Positions 1 through 11,256 are shown, numbered from the stretch's first letter. The stretch: 64,000 nucleotides of DNA from an uncultured Verrucomicrobiae bacterium (GCA_963756875.1 CAVWPA010000003.1:512001-576000), one strand, 5' to 3'. Notes: a model not told the origin generated them from the letters alone. A program made the numbers and translations.

Positions 1-622
1 GATCGCCGGGCACGAAGGGTATATCACGGTGGGGTTGTATGAGGACGGTCAGCCGGGAGAGCTTTTCATCACGATGTCGAAGGAAGGAAGCACGATCGGT
101 GGATTGATGGACACGGTCGGCACACTCACCTCGATCGCGCTTCAGTACGGCGTGCCGCTCGAGGGCCTCGCCAAAAAATTCGCTTATCAGCGGTTCGAAC
201 CGAGCGGGTTCACAAAGAATCCCGACATTCGCAACGCAACCAGCATCACCGATTACGTGTTTCGCTGGCTGGCCTGCCAGTTCATCAAAGGCTACAAGGA
301 AGCAACTTCGCCCAGCCGCGGACAGGCAGAGCTGCCGTTAAGGGAAATTGCCGAAATGGAAAAGAAGGCGGTCAATCGTCCGGTCTCGGATTTGGCGCGG
401 ACAGGCGAAAAAGAATTGATCGATGTGATTACCAGTCACGTGCCTAACGACGGTTCGCCGCATGTCGCGACTAACGGCGGCAGCCACGCGGAGCGGGTGC
501 AGGAAGCGCTGGGCAGCATGTTCATGGACATCGTCTGCTCGCATTGCGGCAGCGACAAAGTGATCCGGGCGGGGGCCTGCGGCGTCTGCACCGAATGCGG
601 CACCAGCCAGGGCTGCAGTTAG
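1..622 (+). CDS. nrdJ: Vitamin B12-dependent (class II) ribonucleotide reductase, C-terminal part (5'-truncated by window edge)
   Basis: GLYEDGQPGELFITMSKEGSTIGGLMD...LQYGVPL...FEPSG...SITDYVFRWL (TSCPD-type C-terminal domain); terminal CxxC...CxxC...GCS Zn ribbon; frame open back to window start. Confidence 0.85.
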   Translation, partial: IAGHEGYITVGLYEDGQPGELFITMSKEGSTIGGLMDTVGTLTSIALQYGVPLEGLAKKFAYQRFEPSGFTKNPDIRNATSITDYVFRWLACQFIKGYKEATSPSRGQAELPLREIAEMEKKAVNRPVSDLARTGEKELIDVITSHVPNDGSPHVATNGGSHAERVQEALGSMFMDIVCSHCGSDKVIRAGACGVCTECGTSQGCS

Positions 623-739
623 AAAACCGGCGCGCGAAGCACGGGAAACGCCCGTGCCCGGGATCGGCGCGAGTGGACATGCGCGTGCTGTCTGGCTAGA
701 ATGGCGTGATTCGCCGTCGTTCCGGTGGAGAAAATTTCT

Positions 740-2524
740 ATGACTGAAACAGAAGCACAGCGACAGAAGGAAATTCAACAGGCGGAGGAACTCCTTTTTG
801 CCGGACCGCAGGCGCTCGGTCTGGCGAAGGGATTGTTTCAGGGACATTTCGTTTCGGACTGGGTGATGCCGTATCCGCGCATCCCCGCGACCCAACAAAA
901 GGAATTGGACATAACGTTGGGTGAGCTCCGCAAATTTCTCGATGAAAAGCTCGATCCCGCCGAGGTGGATCGGCAGGAAGATATTCCGCGCGAAGTCATT
1001 GACGGCCTTGGCCGCGTCGGCGTACTCGGCATGACCGCTCCCCCGGAGTACGGCGGCCGCGGATTTACGCAGATGGCGAACTGCAGAATCCTGGAGGAGA
1101 TCGGCTCTCGCTGTGCGTCCACTTCGGTTTTCGTCAACGCCCACCATTCGATCGGCATTCGCGCGTTGTTGCTTTTTGGGACGCACGAACAAAAGCAGAA
1201 ATGGTTGCCGAAGCTTGTGACAGGCGAATGGCTAGGCGCATTCGCCCTTACGGAACCGGAGGCCGGATCCGACGCGGCCAACGTGCAAATGACTGCGCGC
1301 CCGAGCGAAGATGGTTCGCATTTTATTTTAAATGGCGAAAAGCGCTACATCACGAATGCGGTGATCGGCCAGGTGCTGACGGTCATGGCGCGCACGCCCT
1401 TGCCGGGGAAAGAAGGCAAGACTGCGATCACCGCATTTTTGGTCACGCCAGACATGCCCGGATTTGAAATGATCGAGGGGCGGATGCGAAAAATGGGAAT
1501 TCGCGGCACGGCCACGAGTCGTTTTGCGTTGCGCGACGTCAAGGTCCCGAAGGAAAACGTCCTCGGTCCGATGGGCAAGGGGCTGAAAGTTGCGCTCACG
1601 GTGCTCGATTTCGGGCGCACCACGTTCGGGGCCTGTTGCACCGGCGCGGCCAAGACCTGTTTACGTCTGGCCGTCGAACACGCCAACACGCGCAAACAAT
1701 TCAACAAGACACTGGGCAATTTTCATCTGGTAAAAGAGAAAATCGCACGCATCGCTGCCGACGCTTATGCGATGGAAGCAATGACCACCATCACGGCGTC
1801 GCTGATCGATCGCGGCCTCGAAGATTACATGATGGAAACCGCGATGCTGAAAGTCTTCACGACCGCGCGGCTTTGGGAATGTATCAACGACGCATTCCAG
1901 ATCCACGGCGGCTCGGCCTATTTCAACGATCTTCCCCTGGAGCGCATGCTGCGCGACGCGCGTATCAATCAGATCGGCGAGGGAAGCAACGAAGTGCTCA
2001 CATCGTTCGTGGCGCTAGTGGGAATGCGCGGTCCGGGGTTGGAGTTCAAGGAGATTTACGACACGATGCTGAAGCCTTTGCGTGAAGGCGGAATCGGAAA
2101 AGCGTGGACCGCAGGGATGCATCGGCTCGGCTCAGCTGTCCGCGTCCCGGATGTGCCCGTGCGCAGCGAGAGCCTTCGCGGGCACGCGCGCGAGGTCGGA
2201 AGGTTGATTCGGCGTTTTAATTTCGCAGTCAATCGCGCGCTGATCACGTATCGCGAACCGATCCTCGACATGCAGCTCGTGCAGGAACGGATCGCCAACG
2301 CGGCAATGGATTTATTTGCGTCGACCTGCGTGCTGAGCAGATGGGATTCCGAATTGCAAGCCGCGCGACGGAACGGCGAAACCGCCGCCGCGCAATTTGC
2401 CGCGGCCGACCTTTTCCTGAGACAATCTGTCCGGCGGATCGGCCAGTTCCTTGGCGGTCTGGCCGCGAACGACGACAAAGCGGTGCTGGCAACAGCGGAT
2501 TCTGCCCTGGGCAAGGGGTCGTAG
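740..2524 (+). CDS. Acyl-CoA dehydrogenase (long VLCAD/ACAD9-like type)
   Basis: AFALTEPEAGSDA, LNGEKRYITN, KMGIRG, RKQF, QIHGG, RDARINQIGEG motifs plus C-terminal extension. Confidence 0.93.
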   Translation: MTETEAQRQKEIQQAEELLFAGPQALGLAKGLFQGHFVSDWVMPYPRIPATQQKELDITLGELRKFLDEKLDPAEVDRQEDIPREVIDGLGRVGVLGMTAPPEYGGRGFTQMANCRILEEIGSRCASTSVFVNAHHSIGIRALLLFGTHEQKQKWLPKLVTGEWLGAFALTEPEAGSDAANVQMTARPSEDGSHFILNGEKRYITNAVIGQVLTVMARTPLPGKEGKTAITAFLVTPDMPGFEMIEGRMRKMGIRGTATSRFALRDVKVPKENVLGPMGKGLKVALTVLDFGRTTFGACCTGAAKTCLRLAVEHANTRKQFNKTLGNFHLVKEKIARIAADAYAMEAMTTITASLIDRGLEDYMMETAMLKVFTTARLWECINDAFQIHGGSAYFNDLPLERMLRDARINQIGEGSNEVLTSFVALVGMRGPGLEFKEIYDTMLKPLREGGIGKAWTAGMHRLGSAVRVPDVPVRSESLRGHAREVGRLIRRFNFAVNRALITYREPILDMQLVQERIANAAMDLFASTCVLSRWDSELQAARRNGETAAAQFAAADLFLRQSVRRIGQFLGGLAANDDKAVLATADSALGKGS

Positions 2525-2566
2525 CAGTAGCCTGGCAAGGACGGCGCGCTGCGCTGTCTTCTGGTC

Positions 2567-2637
2567 CTGTAGCGGCGCTCTATGAGCGTCGCACTTTTTC
2601 TCGCAATATTTGCGACGGTCGTAGACCGCCGCTACAG
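2567..2637. repeat. GTAG-type REP doublet (REPIN-like inverted repeat)
   Basis: CTGTAGCGGCG-CTCTATGAGCGTCGC ... GCGACGGTCGTAGAC-CGCCGCTACAG. Confidence 0.75.
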
Positions 2638-2713
2638 CAATCCCCCCCCCAAAACAGACGGAAGAACGGCATGGAAAATGGTTCAAAGAGTGCACGGATC
2701 TATTCCGTTCGCG

Positions 2714-3680
2714 ATGGAAGCACCGACCCTTACTATTCTCGTTCCGTGCCTCAACGAAGAGCGCGGTGTCGCGTCGGTCGTGCGCGAGTACGCCACTGCG
2801 TTTCCAACTGCCGACATTCTCGTTGTAGATAACGGCTCGGAAGATGGAACCGCGGCCGTAGCCAAGGCTGCAGGTGCGACGGTGGTTACGGAAAGGCGGC
2901 GCGGGAAGGCGCGAGCGGTCGCCACAGCACTGTCGATGATCGACACCGATTTGGTGGTGATGGTAGACGGTGACGGAAGTTATCCCGCTGAAGGGGCAAA
3001 GCTCCTCTTGGCGGAATATCAGCGCGAGCCGGTCGATATGATCACCGGCATCCGCAGCGCGCAAAACACCACGCAGGCTTTCCGGCCGATGCATCAGTGG
3101 GGGATGTCGGTTTTTGCTTCGGTGTTGAATTTTGTTTTTCGATTTAACCCGCTGGACTTGTTCTCCGGGTTGCGGCTTTTTTCGCGCCGGTTTTACCAGC
3201 ACGTTCCGGTGCTTTCCCGTGGATTTGAGCTCGAAATCGAACTGACCATCCAGGCAATCGACAAAAGCTTTTCCATGAGCGAAACGCCGGTGCCATTTTG
3301 CAGCCGGGCGCAACGGTTCGGAATCAAAGCTCAAAACCGTCGGCGATGGTCTGCGTATTTTGCGGCTGTTCGTGGTCCTCTTTCGCGATTATCGGCCGTT
3401 CGCCTTTTTCGGGACGATCAGTGCAATCATCGCGGCGGGAGGGCTGATGGCAGGGTCGGTGCCGATCATGGAATATTTCCGCACGGGAATGGTGAATCGG
3501 TTTCCTCTGGCGATTCTTGCCGCCAGCCTGATGACGTTATCGATTCTAGTTGGCCTGGTCGGTACCCTTCTCGAGGCGAATCTGCGCTATCACCGTGAGG
3601 CCTATCACATTCAACTGCGAAAGTTCCGCGCGCCGGTCCAGAAACCATCGCGACCTTATCCGCGCGTGCTGGCGAGATAA
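2714..3680 (+). CDS. GT2 glycosyltransferase (polyprenol-phosphate sugar synthase-like, C-terminal TM helices); +1 frameshift near 3311-3314
   Basis: ILVPCLNEE, VVDNGSEDGT, DGDGSYP, DLFSGLR, GFELEIELT; removing one base gives CSRAQ-GSESKLKTVGDGLRILR, joining ORF 3360..3680. Confidence 0.85.
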
Positions 3681-3689
3681 CAGCGGGCG

Positions 3690-4706
3690 ATGGCCACGTT
3701 CCATATCCTCACTCAATATATCTGGCCGGATGCCGCTCCGACCGGACTTTACGCCGAGCATTTGGCGACGCGGTTACACGAGTTCGGTCATGATGTTCGG
3801 CTCGTTGGTGGTCAAGGCAGCTACCGGACTTTGCATCGTGACAAACCGCCGGTGCCGACTCTGCATCTTGAGCATTATCAGGGACGACGTGGCAAACTCG
3901 GTGAAACCTTTATTGAATACAGAGCGGTCAAACGCGGATTCGCCAATTACATCGACGATTTTGTAAAGCAAGGCGACGTTGTTGTTGTCACCAGCGCACC
4001 GCCAAACACAGTGGAACTGGCCTCCTGCATCAAGCGACGAAACGCGCGCGCGATCTATTGGTTGCAGGATTATTACCCGGAACTGATCCGCGGCATTCGC
4101 GAATATCCTGTCGTGTTCCGGCGCGCGTTGAGACGTTATTGGGATCGGAACCTCTCGCAGTGGGATCGCGTCGTGAAAATCGGCAGTAACCTCGGTGGTC
4201 CCAAGCACAACTCTATTATCATTCGTAATTGGCCAACCTTGAATTTTGATCACGATCTGTCGTGCGAGCCGCGCACGGCTCTGTACTCGGGCAATCTCGG
4301 TTACGGCCACGATGTCGGACTTTTTATTACGGCGTGCGAGCAGCTGCGCGATGCCGGCTATCGGATCACCGTCAGGGCGGACGGCCGCGGTGTGGCATAT
4401 TTGCCGAACTGGTTAAAGGCGCAGCCGCTGCACGCCGATCCGGAAAAACTAAAAGAGGACTTGCAGCGGCACGAAGTTCACGTGGTTGCGGCGCATCCAA
4501 AGATCACGCAAGCCATTTTCCCGTCGAAAATCTGGAACAGCATTGCGGCTGACCGCCGGCTCGTCTGCACCGGCTTCGCGGGCGAGATGGCTGACGAACT
4601 GGAATCGGCGTTGACCGCACGATCCGATCGCCATCTTGACCAGTGGTTGTCGCTGCTCCTCCCGATGGCGGAGCCGACTCAGGCTGGAATGGCCGTCGCT
4701 GCGTAA
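3690..4706 (+). CDS. GT4 glycosyltransferase (WcaI-like)
   Basis: ILTQYIWPD, TSAPP, YWLQDYYPE, IRNW, LYSGNLGYGH, FPSK motifs. Confidence 0.82.
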   Translation: MATFHILTQYIWPDAAPTGLYAEHLATRLHEFGHDVRLVGGQGSYRTLHRDKPPVPTLHLEHYQGRRGKLGETFIEYRAVKRGFANYIDDFVKQGDVVVVTSAPPNTVELASCIKRRNARAIYWLQDYYPELIRGIREYPVVFRRALRRYWDRNLSQWDRVVKIGSNLGGPKHNSIIIRNWPTLNFDHDLSCEPRTALYSGNLGYGHDVGLFITACEQLRDAGYRITVRADGRGVAYLPNWLKAQPLHADPEKLKEDLQRHEVHVVAAHPKITQAIFPSKIWNSIAADRRLVCTGFAGEMADELESALTARSDRHLDQWLSLLLPMAEPTQAGMAVAA

Positions 4707-7357
4707 GTAGAACCTGTTTGCAGCACTTCCGTGAGGTGCTGCGCGATCTGCTCCACGCCAATCTTGCGCATGCACCAGTTTTCCGGCTTTGCGCAACTCC
4801 ATTGAACACACGGATGAAACGGGCAACTTCGGTCGACAAACGGCTTCAGGCCGTATGGCGGGGCGAGCTTGTCCGGACTCGCCGGTCCAAACAAAACCGC
4901 GCCCGGTTTCCGGAACGCGCTCGCGATGTGCGCCGTGCTTGTATCGTTGGTCACGACGGCGCGTGCGTGCGCGATCAAACGAATCAGATCGGGGATCGAC
5001 ATGGAGTCGAATCTGGAAACGACGTTGTTTCTCGTAAGCAGCGCTTCAAGTGCAGGCCGATCTTCGCCGGCGACTTCCGACGTAAAGCCTGTCGCAACGA
5101 ACCGAACATCGGGAAATCGATCGACCAGCGCCAGAAAGTTTTCCATTGGCCAGTTTCGCCATCGACACACGGTCGTTAGGCATAACACAACGTGATCTTT
5201 TAATTCAGCAAGCGGTTCGCGGGCAAGCCGATCAAAGACCGTGTAGTCCAATTCGCATCCTAGAGCAGCCGCTGTTCGCTCGAGATCTTCATACTCATTT
5301 TCGCCAACGCGATGCGGGAGCGGATAGTTGGTCAGGCTACGACCTCCACGCGTGATCCGGCTCGCGATTTTTTTTGCTCCGGCGAATTTAATTGCAAGCG
5401 CACTGACCGCGCTTCCCGTTAAATCGATCCAGAGATCCGCCTTCGATTTGCGGGCTTCAGTGATTCGCCGCCACAACGCCGAAGGTCTGAGCGCAGACGG
5501 ATTCTTGAAGAAATCTTCGAGCGCATTGTCGAACGGTAGCACGTCCCAGCCGCAAGCTCGCCCGGTTTCACCGTGGGCCGGACGCAGCGCGACCTGGACA
5601 TTGATGCCTCTGCGACGGCCTTCATTTACGATTCCGGCGATCAGTGGCAGGTGCATGAAGAGATCGCCCAAACCAGCCGCGGAAGAAACAACGCAGCGGT
5701 CGGCCCAGGCAAATTGTTCCGCGCGCCGAAACGGACGAATGAGATCGACCGCTTTCATAATCAAAGCGCTTCGCAAGGAACGCGTGTCGTACCCGAGTCG
5801 CGAGTTGTTTTTCGTTGCGACGGATGTCTCCGCAGGCCGGAAGATGTGATGCGCGCAGATCAGCGCGGAAACGACGACGGCAATCGCGAAGGATAATCCG
5901 GTATGGATTCGGGCTGCGACCCACCAGATGGCAATGAGGACAAGCAGCCGCGGGGCAAATTGTGCTACTGGAGCGAGCCACATTCGGCCAAAGGTCGACC
6001 CAAGATCCCTGGCGATAAGTACCGCAGTTGGCAAAAGGAAGAGACCCGCGCCCGCGCCGATTGCCAGAATCAGCTCCGGACTGCCACGGCCGCGAACTGC
6101 GATGACAGATGCGGTGATTGTCGCCGCGCCGGCAAGCAGGCCGAGCGCGCTGGGGCGAGGCTTGGCCAAGCCCAAACTGGCCGCGGTTACCATTCGGCTG
6201 AAGCCGGTGGCGACTCCGAACAGTCCGATCAGTAACCCCGTGAAGGGGTTTTCAAGAGGCCGATGTAACCAAATTCGAAACAGGTCACCGGAGAAGAAAG
6301 TGTATGCGATGGCGCCGGTAAGGCAGAGAGCAATTGCGCTTTTGTAGCCGGTCGCGAAGTGGCGGCACCGATCGGATGCTGTTGGCGCCCCGGCGAGCGC
6401 GGCGATTGTTGGTTCACTGGTGCTGGCGCCCAGAACGCTGAGCAATTCCGAAAGCTTCAGATAGAGAAAAAAGGTGCCGGCCGCGGCCGGACCAAGCATC
6501 CAGGAGATAAGAAACACCAGGCCGTAGCTTTGAAAGATCCACGAAGCAGTAATGACATTGATCCAGCGGCCGACATGAAGAGCGGGCAAAATCTCCGCTG
6601 GGCGCAGGTGCGTTAGTTCGCGAACGAAAAGGCGCGGCTGCAAATTCGCGCGCGGCAGGAGAAAAAGCAGCGGAACCGCGAGCGCGGCAAAGTACGCAGT
6701 CGTTACGACCAGGACCGACGCCCCATTCATGAGCAGGGCAACTACAACACCAAATGCGAGCAGATTGCCGGCGAAAAGAGCTGCTTTGATTTGCGAAAGC
6801 CGGCCGGCGGCAGCGATTCGCTCGAGCAACAATTGCAACAACATTGAGACCGCCGTGAAACCGGCCGCCGTCACGATAATCAGATCGCCGATTGGCGGTA
6901 AATGAAGCCAGCGGTGCCAGCATCCGGCGAGCGAAAGCAGGCCAACGATGCCGACGGTACCGGCGGCTGCGACCGAAAAGGCTGCGAGATGTAAAGCATG
7001 CAGACGAATTTTTGCATCTTCAGGAAGACGCGGATTTGTTAGGCCGATGCGGGTCAATGTCCGTAATCCGAGATCGACGATTGCCATCAATGCGACGCAG
7101 GAATTCGCCACGGCAAACAAGCCAAACCGGTCCGCTCCCCATGCCGAGAGCATCAGCGGAGTGGCGACCGCAAAGAAAAGAATCTTTGCCGCGGCATTTA
7201 GCGATTCCCAGACGTGATTAAGGAAGAATTCGCGCCCCTGACGATCCGGCGCTTTCGTTTCAACGTTCGCGGGCGGCCCCACGGAGTGAACGCGCGGCCG
7301 CGGCAGGTTCACCGCACTTCGGGCGATTGATCCGGCTGACAACGACCCGGCCATCAA
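4679..7357 (-). CDS. Fusion of Wzx/MOP-type polysaccharide flippase (N-term) and GT9 heptosyltransferase-like domain (C-term)
   Basis: N-terminal multi-TM region (WGADRFGLFA, DLGL); C-terminal GLGDLFMHLPLI, RNWP, VTNDTSTAHIA, LFGP, CPFHPC...CM. Confidence 0.78.
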   Translation of the reverse strand: MMAGSLSAGSIARSAVNLPRPRVHSVGPPANVETKAPDRQGREFFLNHVWESLNAAAKILFFAVATPLMLSAWGADRFGLFAVANSCVALMAIVDLGLRTLTRIGLTNPRLPEDAKIRLHALHLAAFSVAAAGTVGIVGLLSLAGCWHRWLHLPPIGDLIIVTAAGFTAVSMLLQLLLERIAAAGRLSQIKAALFAGNLLAFGVVVALLMNGASVLVVTTAYFAALAVPLLFLLPRANLQPRLFVRELTHLRPAEILPALHVGRWINVITASWIFQSYGLVFLISWMLGPAAAGTFFLYLKLSELLSVLGASTSEPTIAALAGAPTASDRCRHFATGYKSAIALCLTGAIAYTFFSGDLFRIWLHRPLENPFTGLLIGLFGVATGFSRMVTAASLGLAKPRPSALGLLAGAATITASVIAVRGRGSPELILAIGAGAGLFLLPTAVLIARDLGSTFGRMWLAPVAQFAPRLLVLIAIWWVAARIHTGLSFAIAVVVSALICAHHIFRPAETSVATKNNSRLGYDTRSLRSALIMKAVDLIRPFRRAEQFAWADRCVVSSAAGLGDLFMHLPLIAGIVNEGRRRGINVQVALRPAHGETGRACGWDVLPFDNALEDFFKNPSALRPSALWRRITEARKSKADLWIDLTGSAVSALAIKFAGAKKIASRITRGGRSLTNYPLPHRVGENEYEDLERTAAALGCELDYTVFDRLAREPLAELKDHVVLCLTTVCRWRNWPMENFLALVDRFPDVRFVATGFTSEVAGEDRPALEALLTRNNVVSRFDSMSIPDLIRLIAHARAVVTNDTSTAHIASAFRKPGAVLFGPASPDKLAPPYGLKPFVDRSCPFHPCVQWSCAKPENWCMRKIGVEQIAQHLTEVLQTGSTYAATAIPA

Positions 7358-8052
7358 CTCCCTTTCTTTTCGTAAACAACCGCAAACGAATACGGTCCAA
7401 GCGACTCGTGCGACGCGATCTTTTGCAGGTTGCCAAGCTCAGCCGCCTTCCCGTCAACGTAACGAATGGAAAAGGTTGGAATCGCGTGATGCGCATTTCC
7501 CACGACGCCGTCGGGACTGATTTGCCCGGTCCAACGGCAGTACCGCAGATAACGTTGCTGGTCCGGCAGCAACAAAACCAGCTTTCCGCCAGGGCGCAGG
7601 ACGCGCACCCACTCGCGCAGAACACCGCTCGTTTCGGGCTCCGGAAAATCCTCCAAAACATGTGACGAGTAGACGTAGTCGAGCACGTCGTTCCGCAACC
7701 AGAATAAATTCCGGCAATCGCCGGGGAGCTGAACGGGTCTTCGACCCACCGCGGTATAAGGCATCGGAAGGTCCATTCCAATTGCGGAGGGTGTGATCGG
7801 ATCGCCGCCAAAGCCTATGTCGAGCCCGCAACCGACGCAGAATTTCTCGAGAACGGAGCGGTACCGCGATGTCTCGCTTCGAAACAGGACGACTCTGGCA
7901 ATTGCCGAGTATGCGTTGTCGCCAATGATGCCGCGAAGCGCGGCCTTCAAGTTCTTGATGAGGCGCCCGACGAACGGCGCCTTATCCGATTCATCGTTGG
8001 CCGGTGAGTGGAGTGCCGGTCGTTCTGTGAGTACAAAGCTCTCCGTTTTCAT
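7354..8052 (-). CDS. Class I SAM-dependent methyltransferase (Methyltransf_11-like)
   Basis: LDIGFGG, DYVYSSHVLED, LREWVRVLRPGG; stop overlaps start of downstream fusion gene. Confidence 0.85.
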   Translation of the reverse strand: MKTESFVLTERPALHSPANDESDKAPFVGRLIKNLKAALRGIIGDNAYSAIARVVLFRSETSRYRSVLEKFCVGCGLDIGFGGDPITPSAIGMDLPMPYTAVGRRPVQLPGDCRNLFWLRNDVLDYVYSSHVLEDFPEPETSGVLREWVRVLRPGGKLVLLLPDQQRYLRYCRWTGQISPDGVVGNAHHAIPTFSIRYVDGKAAELGNLQKIASHESLGPYSFAVVYEKKGS

Positions 8053-8080
8053 CTCTCTTCAACGGCACCCATGCTGAGCA

Positions 8081-9849
8081 TCACTTACCGAATCCAAGAT
8101 GGAACGGGTCGTATCCATAGCTTCTCCTGGGGTTCGTAAACATTCCGAGACGGGCGAGGGCATTGCTGCCGATAACAATGGCGCTGCCCTGCTTTTCAAG
8201 AACCGCAATTGCCTGAGGCGTCAATCGGTACAGAGAGACGATGATTGGTCTTTGCTCTAAAAATGGATCGTTGCGAACGAGATCCGCTGAGTACCAGGCT
8301 TCGCGCGGATCGATGGCAACGATGTTCGCGGGCACGGCACGCAACACCGCAGCGGCGCGCGCGTAGGGTCGGACAAATGTTTCGGCCTGGAAACAACGCA
8401 ATGGGAATTGGACCAGGATCGACGCCACAATTCCCGCGGCAACGAAGGCCAGCGCACGCCGTTGGCCGATGGCAACCGACAATCGATTGAATCCGACGAC
8501 GGCAAGCAGGATGAAGCAAACAATTACGCCGTGGAAATATCGGTAGCCCCAGCCGTGGGCTTGGTCGAGGTAGAAGAAAAAATAGAAACCGAACGTCACC
8601 AGGCAGCTGACCGCTGCATCCTGCAAAATCGGTGGAAGCCGGAAGAAACGGCCTGCGCCGAGAATGACCAGCAACGGCGTTGCCAGGCAGCTCCAACTGA
8701 TGATGAGCAGAAGATTCATCGGCTGAATGATCGCCATGCGCGGATTGAATAACCGAAACGTGCTTTCAACTGCGCCGGCTCCAAAGTGGGATCGAAACTG
8801 GATTGACCACCAGAGCCAGAGCGCGCATCCGCCAAGATAGATACCGGCAAAAATGAAGCTGGTCCGCCATCTTCGTTGCAAAACAAGGCGGAAGAGAAAA
8901 GGTGCGACGAAGAGCGCGTGAAAAACCGGCTGATGCAATCCCAGCGCTAGGAGACCGACGAAGGGCGCCAGAAAAAACCGGCGCCTGTCGGGCCGCGAAT
9001 AAAGCCACAACCAGATGGTGTTCAAGGCCAGATGGGCCGGCATCGCGTAGGACGTCATGGACATGAGCAGGAACTGCGATGAGCTGGCGAGCAGGCCGAC
9101 AGCAATCAGTGCGTTCATTTTCGCCTCCGGCCAGACGTTTCGCGCTATGCCGTAAACTGCCAGCACAGTCACGGCGGCGAGGAACGGATTCAGCAGAGTT
9201 TGCAGGTTGAAAAACTGAAAGGCGGCGCGCATCGCCGCGTAAACCGGCAGATAGGTTGCGTTCCAACGATGCGTCGCGGGGAAATAATCGACGTAGGTTG
9301 GCTTAATCACACGCACGGCGTCAACCCACGCCGCTGGAACTTCCGCCTGAAGTTCGTCCCCTCAGGAAGATCCTGGCTTGAAAGTCAGCCAGATATTCGT
9401 CTGCCGTCAGCGCATAATCGTGAAAGACAATTTGAGTCCCGACTACCGTAATGACGAACACGCCGATTGCGACGATTGCGAGGCCCCATTTTTCGCGGCC
9501 GACAATCCATTCCGTTACCCGTCGAGCAGCCACTTTCATCGGTTTGCGGAACATCCTCCAGGCAGCCGTGCCGGAGAAAAGAAAGACGACAACCAGGCCG
9601 GCTACTTCATTGCGCGCGAAAAGGACGTAAAAAACGTTGAACCAGAATCGCGGGTCGGGATTTCCGGCGGGAACGGTCCGCAGCCAGAGGGCGAACGCAA
9701 TTCCGATTACGGCAAGAGCAGCGATGGCTAAGAGAATGGTCGCTGGTTTGCGCTCCGGGCGCGCGCGCTGGTGCGTGAGCAGTCGTTTCTCCCGCAGTTA
9801 TCGCGAATTCGGGCAGGTTTTCCGCGATGGGCTCATACGTAGAAAGCAT
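8081..9849 (-). CDS. Multi-TM GT-C-like glycosyltransferase; interrupted by frameshift(s) near 9356 and probably 9760-9770; start uncertain
   Basis: LTADEYLADFQARIF (DE motif) joins ELQAEVP...VIKPT after removing one base; ORFs 9321..9554 and 8081..9316 plus upstream hydrophobic frame; many TM segments, GWGYRY. Confidence 0.6.
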
Positions 9850-9983
9850 TGGCGCAAGGGTTGATGCCTGATTGCGAAGCAGTCGCTGGGCCACCCCCTG
9901 CAGCGCAGAGCACGCAGACCAGGATCGATAATTCAAAGATCGACATCGTGAGCACAGGAATTGCACTCTGAGGCCGCGCGGAA

Positions 9984-11205
9984 ATGGACAAGCATGCTTC
10001 ATCACCCCGGCTGACAAAGTGGTCGCTGAGTCTCCTGATTGTTATCTTGGGCGCTGGAATTTTTCTGCGCGCGTGGCCAAGCACGGGCTTTAGGCATCTC
10101 GGCTACGACGAGGGAGTTTATGCCCGGTATGTTCAAACCGCGCTGAAGGAGGGGCTCTGGAGCTACCCGGAGATTGTGACTGCCTATGTGCAATGGCAGA
10201 AAGAACGACCCGACGCGGTGGTATCTCCAACGCGGGTTACTTTTCTGGTGCCGGCCGTCGTTTTAGCGGAACTTTTCGGGCTCCAACCCCTGACTGCTCT
10301 CCATGGCGTCGCGCTCGCTTCGAGCATCCTTTTACTTCTGGCAACCGCCGCAATCGGTTATCGTCTTGGCGGCACGAAACGCATGCTGGTTCTGACTGCG
10401 CTGATTGCTGTCGCGCCCCTCCAAATTCATCTGGCGCAGCGTTCGCTTGTGGACGGCTGCTTCGCTTTTTGGGCCGTGCTGTGTGCCTGGTTTCTTTGGG
10501 AAAATCTTCAAAAACCCGACCAGAGTGGATGGCTTCTTGCGTATGGAGCGAGCCTGTTCGCTCTGGTATTAACGAAAGAAAACGCGGCGTTCGTTTTTCT
10601 GGCACTGGTCGTGGTGTCGATCGTGTTTGCTCTCTGCAAACTCGGCAGACTGAATTGGCCCCTGGTTTTTGTAAGCGTGATCGCGCCGGGTCTCGCTGTT
10701 TTGTTTCTCGCCATGCTGGTTGGGGGAGTTGGAGAATGGATCTCATTTTACCGGGCGTTCGTTCAGAAATCGGCGACGCTTAGCTATGCAGCGCGGCTTC
10801 AGGATGGTGCGTGGTACCGTTACCTCGTCGATTTTACCCTCCTCTCGCCTTTGATCATTGCATTGGCGTTTGGCGCGCTTTTCCAGATCAAAAAGGAATC
10901 GAAGCCGGACATTTTCTGGTCTGTTTTTCTCGGGGCCAGTTTTATCGCGATGTCCAGCATTCCGCATGGAATGAGCCTGCGTTTTGCCGCGTACTGGGAT
11001 GTGCCGCTGCGCTGGCTGGCCGCCTCACAAGTCCTTCTACTTGCGGATCGTTTTCCGCGTATCAAAACGTGGACCATCTTGATCGGTCTCGTCCTGATTT
11101 TGACCACGGTCGATTTGTTGCAGGACCTGGCGCTTTTTCGTTCACGGAGGCATCTATGACCCCGTCAGCCTCCAACTCTTTCGCGCCTCGAAGTTAATCA
11201 AGTAA
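9984..11205 (+). CDS. GT-C glycosyltransferase (ArnT/PMT, GT39/GT83-like); +1 frameshift near 11124-11127
   Basis: GYDEGVY, SLVDG, LTKE motifs and many TM helices; shifted frame continues WRFFVHGGIYDPVS...LIK* to 11205. Confidence 0.75.
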
Positions 11206-11227
11206 CAGGCAGGAACACTTCTCGCAC

Positions 11228-11243
11228 TGGCACATGTGCTGCT
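11228..11243 (+). promoter_or_regulatory. Sigma-54 (-24/-12) promoter upstream of Dpm1-like GT2
   Basis: TGGCACATGTGCTGCT: GG and GC at canonical spacing. Confidence 0.65.
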
Positions 11244-11256
11244 CCTTTTTCGGGGA

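Noticed and set aside
338..1192. Long antisense or alternate-frame ORFs (e.g. 338..1192, 2312..3334, 20720..21625, 32371..33210, 55125..56090, 59165..60043)
   Set aside because: They shadow well-supported genes in high-GC DNA and carry no recognisable motifs.
9849..9870. Sigma-54-like motifs between the divergent GT-C genes
   Set aside because: The plus-strand motif has GA instead of GC at -12, and the minus-strand motif has spacing off by one.
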